This document shows positions 39,101 to 50,269 of a stretch of DNA of 64,000 nt, one piece after another. The position numbers were made by a program, and so were the translations under genes. The DNA is taken from contig JYFJ02001629.1 in NCBI GenBank assembly GCA_000934665.2, forward strand, positions 1 to 64,000. The letters are read 5' to 3'. This stretch comes from Catajapyx aquilonaris (lineage: Eukaryota). Below the pieces are notes generated by a model that worked only from the letters and a program-made list of their open reading frames with translations, did not search any database and was not told where the DNA came from. Within the stretch, counting starts at the first letter, position 1, and each line of letters starts with the position of its first letter.

Positions 39101-42100
39101 CCAAATTCATCGACTGCCTCCGTCCATACACCAAATATATTGTAAATTCTTGTCTCTTTCTAACTAGAGTGAGGCTTATTAAATATGGCGAAATTTCAGT
39201 TCCGAGTGGCATGGCTCCTGGCGCCTGATAGAGAGCCTCTGATGTCTCGTCCGAGTGTGGTCATCAGCACAATGGCTTATGGGCCTCCATCCGCGCCGCC
39301 TGCGCTGACCACGGTAGCCGCAGTGGACGCAACGAGAGTCTCAGTTGCCTGGACGCCATCTCCGTTCCCAAACGGACCTGTCCTCTCATATGTGCTACAA
39401 ATCAGGGAGCTTCCAGCTGGATACTCAACAGTCAAGGTTTGTCACAATGACACACACCAGATGAATGATCTCTTCAAATGTTGCACTTTTCCTAAGCATA
39501 CGGCTGTCCGAAACATTTTATGCGTGCAGTATGTAATCTTGATTATTTTCACAGGATGTGCCAGCCTCGGAAGAAAACTTGTTCTACCTCTTCAGCGGAC
39601 TAAAACCGGGTACAAACTACAGCGTCTCAGTCGCGACTAGAAACAGCGCCGGAGAGGGACCTGCAGACGTCCGGGTCGTAACTACTCCTCCTCACATGGA
39701 AGGTAATTTTTTCTCCAACATTTTGGTACACCAAAGTGCAGTTTAAAGGTCTTGTTAACGGCCAGTTAAAATTGTTGGTTAAAACCAGGCACAATCCTAA
39801 CCGAACTTTCTTTCAGCCGTGAAGGATTCCCTGGAGCCCCATTTGATCCTGGGAGCTAGGCAAACCATAATTCGTCAGGGGCTGGACCTCTTCGAAGGTC
39901 TAAGCGTGATTTATAACAGCACAAGGGAAATCACAGGTTAGAAGCTTTAGAAGTGGGAGGAGACTGCTAATAGGCTGATTAACTACTCTTTTTTTTAAAT
40001 TGTAATTACGCAGGCGTGGCCGTACATGTCAGTAAGAAGTTACTCTTCGTGTCCGATTCGGCCGGATACATCATCATCAGCACATTGGGAGGTCAGGAGC
40101 CTCCAACAACCCTGCTGACCCCTGCCCACATGGGTTTCTCACCATCAGCTCTATCAGTCGATTGGCTCAACAATCACCTTTACATTCTGGGCAAGGTACA
40201 GTTCAAACGAGTTCTTTCTGCTATTCTGCTATTTTCTGTTATTTCCGTTATTCTGCTATTTTCTGTTATTTCTGGCGTTCTGAAACGTTCTGGAAGGTTA
40301 GTTAATTGTTAAATGAAATGATTTTATACTTTTGGCAAGGTGGTGCATTCGTCCGGGTCGGTATGGCAGATATCGAGGTGCTATTTCGACGGGAAGGGTT
40401 TGACTAATGTGATGCCTCGTCTGCCGAAGAAGCCGTTGCACTTCGAGGTGGATCCGTTCAATGGGAACCTGTACTGGGTACTGGTGGGGGTACCGAATGG
40501 AGGTTTGTACAAGCTGGACCTGGCAGACGTCGCGACTGAAAGGAAGAATCGGGAGGTACAACCGGAGCTGATACTGGAGGACCACGAGTTGGGGGCGTTC
40601 GCAGTGGATCACATGAACTTCAGGCTGCTCGTGTCGCACCAGACGCAGAACACGGTCATCTCTGTTTCGCTGGACGGAAGCGACGTGATGGACATCAGGG
40701 ACAACACACAGCAGCCCCGGTTCCAGAAAGTACTCTCGATGGTCACCTACAACGGACTGTTCTACTGGACCAACGGCCAGGAGGTGATCGGCGAAGAGTA
40801 CTTCCCACAGCAGGACAGCTACTTCCACAACAGCTATCCGTACCTGTCCTCCGACAAGCCCTTCAACAGCATCAGTCTGTTCCATCCCGATGCACAGCCG
40901 GTACCGATGCCAGTCAATGCGCCTAGGGGTGTACAGGCCATCTTCAGCAGCGAAGTGGCGAAGGTCAGTGGAAAGTGGACCTGGTCTAGACCGGGACCAG
41001 TTGTAAACCGAAACTTTTTGACAGGTGATGTGGAAGCCTCCTCAGCTATTGGGCGGTATCGGCAAAGGAGCATGGCAGAACTGGCTGTACGAGATGCACA
41101 TAACGGAGGTGAACGTCAGTCGGATAATTTACAGCAGGGACATCAACACTACGTTGTACACGGTGCACAACCTGAAGGAGAATACCGAGTATGCCATCAA
41201 GGTGCTGGCCTACTCATCCGCCGGGAAGGGACCGTGGTCACCAGAGTTCAGAGGTCACACGCTCAAAGCCACGTCCGAAGGGAAGTACCCGGTGTTCCTC
41301 TGGAGCGCACACGACGGACTCTTGAAGACTGACATACTCGGAGACAACGTGGAGACACTCGTGCACAAAGTGGCATTGCAGGTACTGTACACTTTACGAT
41401 TTGCAAACTCCAGAAACTACATATTGGCAAAATTGAAGGACGGAAACGAGCGGTACCACATAATGGACATTACGTGGTACAAGGACGCTCTGTACCTGGT
41501 CCTGAACAACAGCCAGGTCGTGTACTTCAACATGACTTCCCGAAAGGCTGAGAAGATGGACGACATCGACTCGGCCGGAAGCATCGCTGTCGACTGGATC
41601 GGACACAAGCTGTACTGGTCAAGCCCAAAGCATCAACTGGTACGAAAAAGTGTTACCCAATCTTCATAAACTGTGGTACAGTACATTGCGATTTATCCAA
41701 TAGATAACTCGAGCCAACCTGAACGGTAGTTACCAAGAGCCGTTGCCGATAATAACAGTCGCTAGAGAACTGAATGTGGACGCTGTTTCTGCCAACATTT
41801 ACTGGTCAACCGGACATTCGGTGGAGTGTGCCAAGTTGCACGGAGGAGATCAGCAGGTTTATTACCAAGCTGGACTCTTCTCTGGAAAGCAAGGTGACAA
41901 AATAATTATTCAAGTCGTAATAATTCAGGATGGGATTTAGCACAGAATTAATTGCAGTTATGGGATTGACTTTGGACTCGTTGCAACAAGACATTTACTG
42001 GATGGTACGTAGCTACGAAGGTTCGGTCCTGTTTCGAGCACCGACTGTTCCAAAAGCTACTAAGAAACTGAGCGAGACTATTGAGGAAGTTAGCAACTTG

Positions 42101-45100
42101 CAACACGCTGTTTTTCAAGGTATGCTCTCCATTTCTATTTTTGCAAGTTAGCCTGGAATTATAGAGCGATGTTTATTTGGCAAGGTCCACTTCGATGTTT
42201 TGGAAACCATCTGGTATGGCTACAGGACGAGGATAAGGTAATTATAGCTGACATGCAGGGACAAAACGCAGCTGTGTTGAGCAGCATGGGACTTACAGAC
42301 CTGAAGACAGTCGGAATAGTTGACTACATTTCGCGAGTATATCCAGGTAAAGTATGCCTGTGAACAATGAAGACAATGCATGACTTTTTTGCGCTTTTGC
42401 AGAAGGAACATCTGAGAGCACAATAAACGTGATTCCGAACCCGATCAGCGCTAGTTCCCTTGAAGTGATTGGAAACTGGGAGTCCTTCCTGATCTCCTGG
42501 GATCCAGTGACCAACGTGAACTACGGTCAGGTGTTTTATGAGATCAAGTTGGAAGGAGAGTACCCGAACCAATCGGTGGTGACGGACAAGTCGCAGTTCG
42601 CAGTTGAGAGTGCGTCTGTACCGCATCCGTACTCGGTCCTACAGGTGGTCCTAAGGGCATTCACTTATTGGGGGTCATCGCAAAGGACGGTGGCCAAACT
42701 GAGGTCACCACCTGGACCCCCATCGGTCGTGAGGCATCCTAGAGTCTTTGTGTCGTTCAGAGAAAATCCGATGACCGGAAATAAGGTAATTTCAAGTTTA
42801 AATTATTGACAAAGAGTGTGCGGTACATCCTTACATGTTGATTGCAGGGAATAATGGCAGAGTTCAGATGGGACGAGCCGTACAACTGCAACGGGATCAT
42901 ACGAGGGTATAGGGTCAAATGCTGGTTGGAAGACACGCCAATGCAACAATGCGAGGATGTGGTCATACCAGGCAGCCAGCATCACCTGATTGTGGAGTAC
43001 TTGTATTCCAACAGCACGTATTACTTTCAGGTACGTTAACACGCAGCCGAAAAAAAATATGTTGCGGACAATAATAATGTCCGGTGTTTTCAGGTCCAGG
43101 CGTACACTGACGGGGGTGAAGGTCCGTTTTCGGCTAAGATAATGGCCCAGAGTGGTGTCGAAATGCCGGTACCGAAGTTGCTGATTGCCACCCAGGATGC
43201 GGTTAAGATTACGGATATAGACAAGAAGGAGAATACGACATTGTCCAGAAACACTGTCCCGCCTGTGGACCTGGCCTACATCGGATTCGAGAACAAGTTC
43301 TTCTGGATCAACGAAGGACAGCAACTCATGTGCTCCATGTTGGACGGAACCAACAAAACCAGGGTAAGGCCCCCCCCTAATTAATTAATTATGAGGATGA
43401 ATGCTAATTGACTGTTTCTTACACAGATATTCACTGTGAACGGGACAGGACACAGCATAACTGTGGATTGGATAGGACGATACCTGTACTGGGCAGAGAC
43501 GAACGAGGAGAGTGGGACATCCGCAATCTATCGTCTGGATCTGAACCAAGATCTGACCAAGCAGCATCCGGACATTGTTGTCAAAAGCAACACTGATCGC
43601 ATCAGCTCCGTCGGTGTCGAGCCTCTCACCAGGTAAAAAAAAAATCACTCAACATGTTCAACACACAATCAGACATAAAATCCCCAATTTCTAATATAGC
43701 ATACGTATATAGGAAAAAAAACTCTAGTAAGTTCCGGAATATGGAAACCGAACCCGTTTCGGAACCGGTCCACAATGTTGCCAACTGATTCCCACACCAC
43801 CTTTTTGACTAATGATTGGGAACTGTATATAAATTGGGCCGGTTCCGAAACCGGTCAGGATGCTGTGTGAATGTCACCACCAGTGACATTATGGTTTCCT
43901 GTAGCTCACAAACCGTTTATGTTTGCAGCCAGCTATTTTGGACAGCCAATAAGAAGAGCGGGATTGGCGCACTGATGACAAGCAACGCTGACGGGTCTAA
44001 TCCTCGCAGATTCTTTCAGAGGAAGAGACGAACGTATGCTATTTTAAAAATAATTTCTTGCTCTTAATAATTTTTACGATCTGGATATAATTTTTTTTTC
44101 TTCTTTCCAAACCTGACATATTTTTAGAGCCAGAAGCGAGACCGGATTCCCTTGCACGTGCCCCGATAATCCTGCAGTTGGCAAGGTTCTCAGCGTGGAT
44201 CACGCTGATCCTGATAATCCACGGGTTTTGTGGGTGGACGGATGGCAAAACCATGTTTTCATGGCAGACATACACGGGTGTCACTGCACTGTGGTCGTCA
44301 ACGCCACCATTCACCCTCAAATAGGTGAGAGAAAAAAAATTATAGTCACGCCTCTAATAACAATGAGAGAGAGAGAAAAAAATATTATGCACATAATCAG
44401 AGAGTTTGCCTAATAACAGTCGATGCAACTGGTCCTTTGATCGTACTGTACATATCTACATATATATTATATAAAGGGCAAAGTTGCTTGTTTGTTTGTC
44501 AATTACATACCCATTTCATACCCATTTTAAATGTTTTTATATAGGTCTTCCACCTTCGTCTATGACGGCCGATCATGGTCATGTGTATTGGTCCAACTCG
44601 AGTCTGGACAGGGTGTACTTTATACAGAAACCGAGTACCAAAGTGGGTATGCTGATAGACGGTGTTAGCACCTTTCCGGTGAGAGGCATCAAGAGTGTCA
44701 GTGCATTGGGTGACCATCTTCAACCCTATCCAGGTTAGTAAACCTGAACAAAATATTTTTTTTGGGTCACATTTTCTTCATTACTAATGCGATGCAATAT
44801 AATTTTTGTACTTACAGTTCTGCGTTGCCTGATTCCTGAGCAGCAGCCGCAGTCTGTGACTTTGCACGCTTACACAGCAAATTCAATCACTCTTCGGATG
44901 CCAGCGTCGCAACGTTCGCCGTCCTGCCAGAACGTGTCACTTGCATCGGTACGGTACACCCTCCACTACGGTATGGTCGGAGCAGGAGGCCAATCGGACT
45001 GCACACCTGAAAGCGTGGAACAATGCCAGAATCTGGTAAGAGTGCAGTTGGCAACACACCAAGTACCAACGCGATAACTGAGTGCGATAAGACAATGAAG

Positions 45101-48100
45101 CAACAATTAAATTTATTTTTCAGACAACGTATAAGAAAATCCAGAGCATAGCCAAATTGCAAGCCTTTTCGGACTATGTGTTCTACCTGTCGTCCAGCAA
45201 CTATTACAGCGACCTCCTGGGGGTCGAGCCCATTGTTGGTTTCGCTGTGATTGTTAAGACGGCCGCAGGAGCACCTTACCAGCCCAGGAACCTGACTGTG
45301 GAGCCAGTGACGCCCAGTGCGATACATGTCAAGTGGTTGCCTCCGTCGAAGCTGAACGGACAGAGCGTTTGGTACGAGGTCCACTGGGGCACGCAGGCCC
45401 TAGGGGGTATCAAGCAAAAGGGAGAGCAGCAGCTGAGTCCACAGGACCAGAGGGCGTCACACGACAACAATGACCAGTGGACATTTGTCATTCAGAACCT
45501 GCTTCCGAGCCAGATCTATTCAGTTTGGGTGAGCGCCACAACTTAATTTGCTTTAAAAATCACACGTTTATTATACACGTTGTACACTGCAGGTACGGGC
45601 ATATTCGGAAAACGGCGATGCGTACAACGACACTAGAGAGGTGTCGGTGCACACCTACCCGGAGCCAAGCAACATCACGTTGCTGGAGACCACGTCGACC
45701 AGCCTAAATGTGTCGTGGAGCATACCTTCAGACGGAAGCATCGTCAGGTATACGGCACACTGCCTTATAGCCCCTAAACTGAAGTTCTAATAAGTGACTG
45801 GTATTGCAGCTGTGTCCTTCAGTACCAAGAGTTGGCAGTGAAGCGGTGGTACGAGGCAGACCCACCGACCGGAAAGCTCGTGTCTGAATCCCTGTACTAC
45901 CTGGCCGACGGACTGAAGCCGAAGACCCAGTACATCTTCAGGCTGAACCTGACCTACGAGAACTCTAGACTCTTCTACGTCTGGCCCAACGACGCAAGAT
46001 TCACATACGAGACTCTGGGCAAACGACCAGGTCCTCCAGGCACACCCGTGATACGCATGTACCAGAAGGACATCTACGAGATCATGTGGGAGCCATCCGA
46101 AGACAACGGAGGACGCATCGAAGTGTACGTGTTGGAGTACCGGCTGAACCACAGGGACAGAGAAAAGCGAGAGACAGTCGAGGAAAACAAGACCAAGAGT
46201 AAAGAGGAGACAACCATCAGCAACGAATGGCAAATGGTCTACAACGGTTCAGGTTTGTGCCATTATTTAATTAACCATCAATCAATTAATTAATTGCAAA
46301 AAAATTTGCGTGCAGAGAATAAGTGGTTGGTGACCGGACTGAGCTCGGACTTTCGTTACGTGTTTCGAGTCCAGTCTAAAAACGAGTACGGTTGGAGCGA
46401 CTACAGCGAGCTCAGCCAACCGTTCGATTTCACGGCTGCTGCGCTGATAGCAGACGAGCAGGAGCTGGGATTAGTCCTGGGAACGGCCATTCCCATCATC
46501 CTGGTCCTGGGATGCGTGTGCGGAGGGATCATTTTCATCGGTAAGTTCCATACATTATCACCTTATTAATAAGCCTTTGCCGGGGGAGGAAAAATGGGGC
46601 CAGATGGACTTGCATACTGGTGTACTATAAGCTGCTTATTTCAAACAGCTACTTAAATTAGCAGTTAATTTAAGCAGCTGCTATTTTAGCAGCTAATTTA
46701 GGTAGCTGCTATTTAAGCAGTTAATTTTATTAGCTGCTATTTTGGCAGTTAATTTAAGTAGCTGCTATTTTAGCAGTTAATTCAAGTAACTGCTATTTTA
46801 GCAGTTAATTCAAGTAACTGCTATTTTAGCAGTTAATTTCATTACCTGCTATTTTATTTAAGTAGCTGCTATTTTAGCAGTTAATTTTATTACCTGCTAT
46901 TTTATTTAAGTAGCTGCTATTTTAGCAGTTAATTTAAGTCGCTGCTATTTTAACAGTTAATTTAGGTAGTGGCTATTTTAACAGTTAATTTAGGTAGCGG
47001 CTATTTTAGCAGTTAATTTTATTACCTGCTATTTAAGCAGTTAATTTTATTAGCTGCTATTTGGCAGTTAATTAAGTTAGCTGTTATTTTCATTTCAAAT
47101 TGTGCGGCTTAAAGCTTATTAGAATTTGATCTGATCGTACTGATCCACTCTTCCTGTTCAGTGTTTAGGAAACGTGAGAAGGAAAAGAAGGCGCAGCAGG
47201 TCGCTGTGACCAACTCTACTCCTCGACCTGACCTGGAGTTGGCCACCTTGAGAGAGCTGCCCCAGCACAGCAGCTTCGTGCATCAAAACAACGCTCTTTA
47301 CACTGTTGCGGACATCACTTCGGACGAGGAGATCACTGCTTTACCTTTCATCAGGCGAGATCAGATCACGCTCACGAAGTTCCTTGGAAGCGGAGCTTTC
47401 GGTGAGGTCTTCGAAGGTGTGGCCCAGAGCTTGCCAGGGTTCAGCGAGCCGGAGACAAGGGTGGCCATAAAGACACTGAGGAAAGGAGCGAGCGAGCAGG
47501 AAAAAGTCGAGTTTCTGAAGGAGGCCCAGCTGATGAGCAATTTCAAGCATGAGCACATCATTAGCCTGCTCGGGGTCTGCCTCGATAACGACCCCATTTT
47601 TATCCTTCTCGAGCTCATGGAAGGCGGGGATCTTCTCAGCTACCTCAGGAACAATCGACCCACACAGTCTGTGAGTACTCATCTCCAAATAAAACTCGTA
47701 AAGAGCTATTTAGCCATTTTCGACCAACTGCTCTTACGTAAAAATCGCCGCTACTTATGAATCACTGCGTAGACTTCAAAAGAGCGGGTTAAAAATAACG
47801 CATACGTTGAACTTTAATTTTTGGTAATCGTTGCAGCCTATTGCGCTCTCGGGCAAAAACTGATCGACATGCATGCCATTATTGGCTATCATTTTGCAAT
47901 GTAAATTGCGGCTTACAGAATCCGCGATAGCCATCAGTAGTCGTTTCTCCCTGTCGGTGTTGTTAATAGCTGTGTCACTCTGCAAACAGATGAGTTCTGC
48001 TCACCTTTCGCTTCTGGACCTGCTGGACATTTGCGTGGACGTGGCCAGAGGATGCTGCTACCTTGAGGAAATGCACTTTGTTCATCGTGACCTGGCCTGC

Positions 48101-50020
48101 AGGAACTGCCTGGTGTCCTCGTCTGATCCGGTCAGCAGGATAGTCAAGATCGGAGACTTCGGATTGGCTAGAGACATTTACAAGAATGATTACTACAGGA
48201 AGGAAGGAGAAGGACTCTTGCCTGTTAGGTACGTACTGTATACACGCACATGTCAATCATAACTTTACAAAAGAAATTACCATCTCTTGACAGGTGGATG
48301 TCACCAGAATCACTAGTTGACGGGGTCTTCACCTGCCAATCGGACGTCTGGGCTTTTGGTGTCCTCCTCTGGGAAATAATGACCATGGGTCAGCAGCCAT
48401 ACCCTGCCAGGACCAACCTGGAAGTGCTTCACTACGTCAGAAACGGAGGCAGGCTGGACCAGCCCGGAAACTGTCCAGAAGACCTGTACGATTCATTTTA
48501 ATCACATTTTCCATCATTTTTGATCACTTATTACGACTGATATAATTTGCAGGCACCATTTGATGATGAAGTGCTGGAGTTACTCGCAGGAAGAAAGACC
48601 TACTTTCAAGTACTGTCTGGAGCAACTGGAGGAACTCAGGGAGAAATGTGCAACCGCTCCAGTCACATCAGTACACAACGGACAGTACATTGGTCATATG
48701 CCAGACGGTAAGTTTGTGGCGACATATTTTTAAATTAGTTGAGTACATACATTGTGAATGATACATGTTGCATCCTGTGCTTGTCAGCTCCAGTGCGTTT
48801 ACTAAAATATCGCCTGGTATGCAAATTAATTGTCATTGAAAAAAAACCCTGCTGAGTCGTGTTTGGCTGCTAATTAACAGTTGGAGCATTATTTTTTTGT
48901 GCATGATTCAATGTTCGCATCGTTTGTTATTGTCTGCCCAGCATGCTAATCCCTTGCTTGCTTTTTTTTGTCCGTTTCTCTCTCATTAGGAGCGTTTGAT
49001 AATCCAGGATTCTTTCACGATGACAAATATTTCGAGAGTTCAGGTACGGCACGCTTTCCCATTTTTTTATGTGTACAGTTTGCATGATATTTTATTCCAT
49101 TGTGGTTGATTTTCATTGCATTGTTTCAAATGACGGTATGTTCAATTTAAGGGACATTTTTTTCTCCCTGTAATTATCCGAATAAGAGATGGCGCCACGG
49201 AACTTTGCACGTGACGTCAGCCTTCCTCGAACAAACGCCACGAATTAACGACGGAAATTAAATGAGACTGGGGATGGTCTACAGCACACACATCCAATTG
49301 ACCCAGTTGTATTGTTCTAACATATATAGGCTTCCTTATGCTCGGATTGAAGGCGTCACTTTTCATTTGAACAATGCACAGTATACATACCATTTTTAAT
49401 AACGCGACGTTTATAATGCAGGAAGTTCATGGAAGACGAACCACACTGGCAGCGACAACTTCCAGCTGCAATGCAACGGAGTTATTGACGACGGTGCTGG
49501 CGTCAGCGGTACCCAACTGGACGCGATACCGTACGCCGACAGCATCTCTGACACCGCAACGTTGCCGTTCAGTAGCCTTGGAAGCAACGGCAGCAACCAG
49601 CAAGAGGAAAGTCGAGCCATACCACAGTACCTGGAGCTTCTGTCCGAAACGGACGCACCAGTGTCCCCGACCGGGTCAGACGGGTACGAAGTACCCAGGG
49701 TCAGCACCTTGGAGAGAGCACCGCATCGGACCAACTACCTGGACCTGAGGTGCAGATCCCACAGTGCATCATCGCCGGAGCCAGTGACCATTAGTGACAG
49801 TGACTACCTCAAACCGGACGAGGATGGTCACATGGTGAACGGTGAGAGTGACGTACCGGTACCGGTCACTAAGAAACTGTTCTTGACCAACGGAAACGCG
49901 ATACGTATCCAGGATGGGTTCAGGACTGATTCGGAAGAACCCTCGGCATGTCGGAACGCTGCTTGCGTCGGGTCACCACGGGTCAACCTTGACCACATCC
50001 CACAGTCGTCTTGGTGCTAG
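21159..50020 (+). CDS. sev: Receptor tyrosine kinase sevenless / proto-oncogene ROS1 orthologue (2555 aa with exon 1a; 2542 aa with exon 1b)
   Basis: Exons, all GT-AG with phases checked: 21159-21284 (1a) or 29588-29674 (1b), 34122-34181, 38252-38311, 38392-38482, 38921-39141, 39200-39436, 39555-39702, 39817-39936, 40014-40195, 40340-40963, 41025-41381, 41439-41639, 41704-41893, 41958-42119, 42185-42346, 42403-42785, 42848-43030, 43094-43363, 43427-43632, 43929-44033, 44128-44324, 44545-44733, 44818-45035, 45124-45528, 45593-45747, 45810-46252, 46316-46540, 47162-47670, 47990-48228, 48294-48485, 48553-48707, 48990-49043, 49422-50020. Domains: Cys-rich N-terminus, FN3 repeats interleaved with YWTD-type beta-propellers ([29 protein letters not shown]), [28 protein letters not shown], juxtamembrane [12 protein letters not shown], kinase GSGAFGEV / VAIK / HRDLACRN / [31 protein letters not shown], as in ROS1/Sev. 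Confidence 0.97.
28701..28890. mobile_element. MITE family B copy without nested insertion
   Basis: GTCAATTGGGGTGAAATTGTGCCAG ... CTGGCACAATCTCACCCCATTTGAC imperfect TIR with a duplicated subterminal motif; homologous to 20167-20641. Confidence 0.75.
29588..29674 (+). CDS. sev: Alternative first coding exon (1b) of sev/ROS1
   Basis: ATG...CAG|GTGAGG, 29 codons [29 protein letters not shown]: signal peptide plus CxxxC. Phase 0, in frame with exon 2 ([12 protein letters not shown]). Confidence 0.85.
31885..32009. mobile_element. PIF/Harbinger (Tourist-like) MITE, 125 bp, TTA target-site duplication
   Basis: 39-bp TIR GGGCCGGTTTCACCGAGCT(CA/TG)GTATATGATAAAACCAGG with 2 mismatches. TTA directly flanks both ends (31882-31884, 32010-32012). 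Confidence 0.9.
37542..37599. repeat. Perfect 58-bp palindrome with no spacer
   Basis: AGGATTTCTTATGGACCCCACTGTACCCA|TGGGTACAGTGGGGTCCATAAGAAATCCT, 29/29 complementary. Confidence 0.95.
40214..40274. repeat. Degenerate short tandem repeat (TTCTGCTAT / TTCTGTTAT) in a sev intron
   Basis: About 7 consecutive 8-10 nt units. Confidence 0.7.
43754..43855. mobile_element. Degenerate MITE remnant / inverted repeat in a sev intron
   Basis: CCGTTTCGGAACCGGTCC ... GGGCCGGTTCCGAAACCGG inverted arms about 65 bp apart; no clear TSD. Confidence 0.45.
46631..47090. repeat. About 28-bp AT-rich hairpin-unit minisatellite (GTAGCTGCTATTTTAGCAGTTAATTTAA), about 16 copies
   Basis: Fills most of the intron between the TM exon and the first kinase exon. 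Each unit contains the inverted repeat CTGCTA-TTT-TAGCAG. Confidence 0.95.
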
Positions 50021-50263
50021 TGATGACCCTTCAAGTACTGCGCATGTAGCTCATAAACAATCGGAACATGTCAGTGTGATGCGGACTCCATATTTTATCG
50101 CTAGTTAGAGTGAATGTTCTCGCCACATTTTAAAGGGAGAAAAAAAATGTCACATTGTCTTCCCCCATACCACCATGTACTATAACATTGTACATACCAA
50201 GATACTTTTTTTACTGTACTGTAAAATATTGTAAATATTGATACTAGTCACCAGAATGGAAAA

Positions 50264-50269
50264 AATAAA
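50264..50269 (+). terminator. Candidate polyadenylation signal of sev/ROS1
   Basis: AATAAA about 245 nt after the stop codon, following an AT-rich 3' UTR, with a T-rich tract downstream. Confidence 0.55.

Noticed and set aside
46631..47090. Palindromic 28-bp repeats resembling a CRISPR array (also 11368-11470)
   Set aside because: Units are contiguous with no unique spacers, there are no cas genes, and both lie in eukaryotic introns.
40298..48256. Long minus-strand ORFs (40298..40885, 42803..43324, 44887..45384, 45787..46233, 47341..47688)
   Set aside because: Antisense shadows of GC3-rich sev exons with no recognisable domains.
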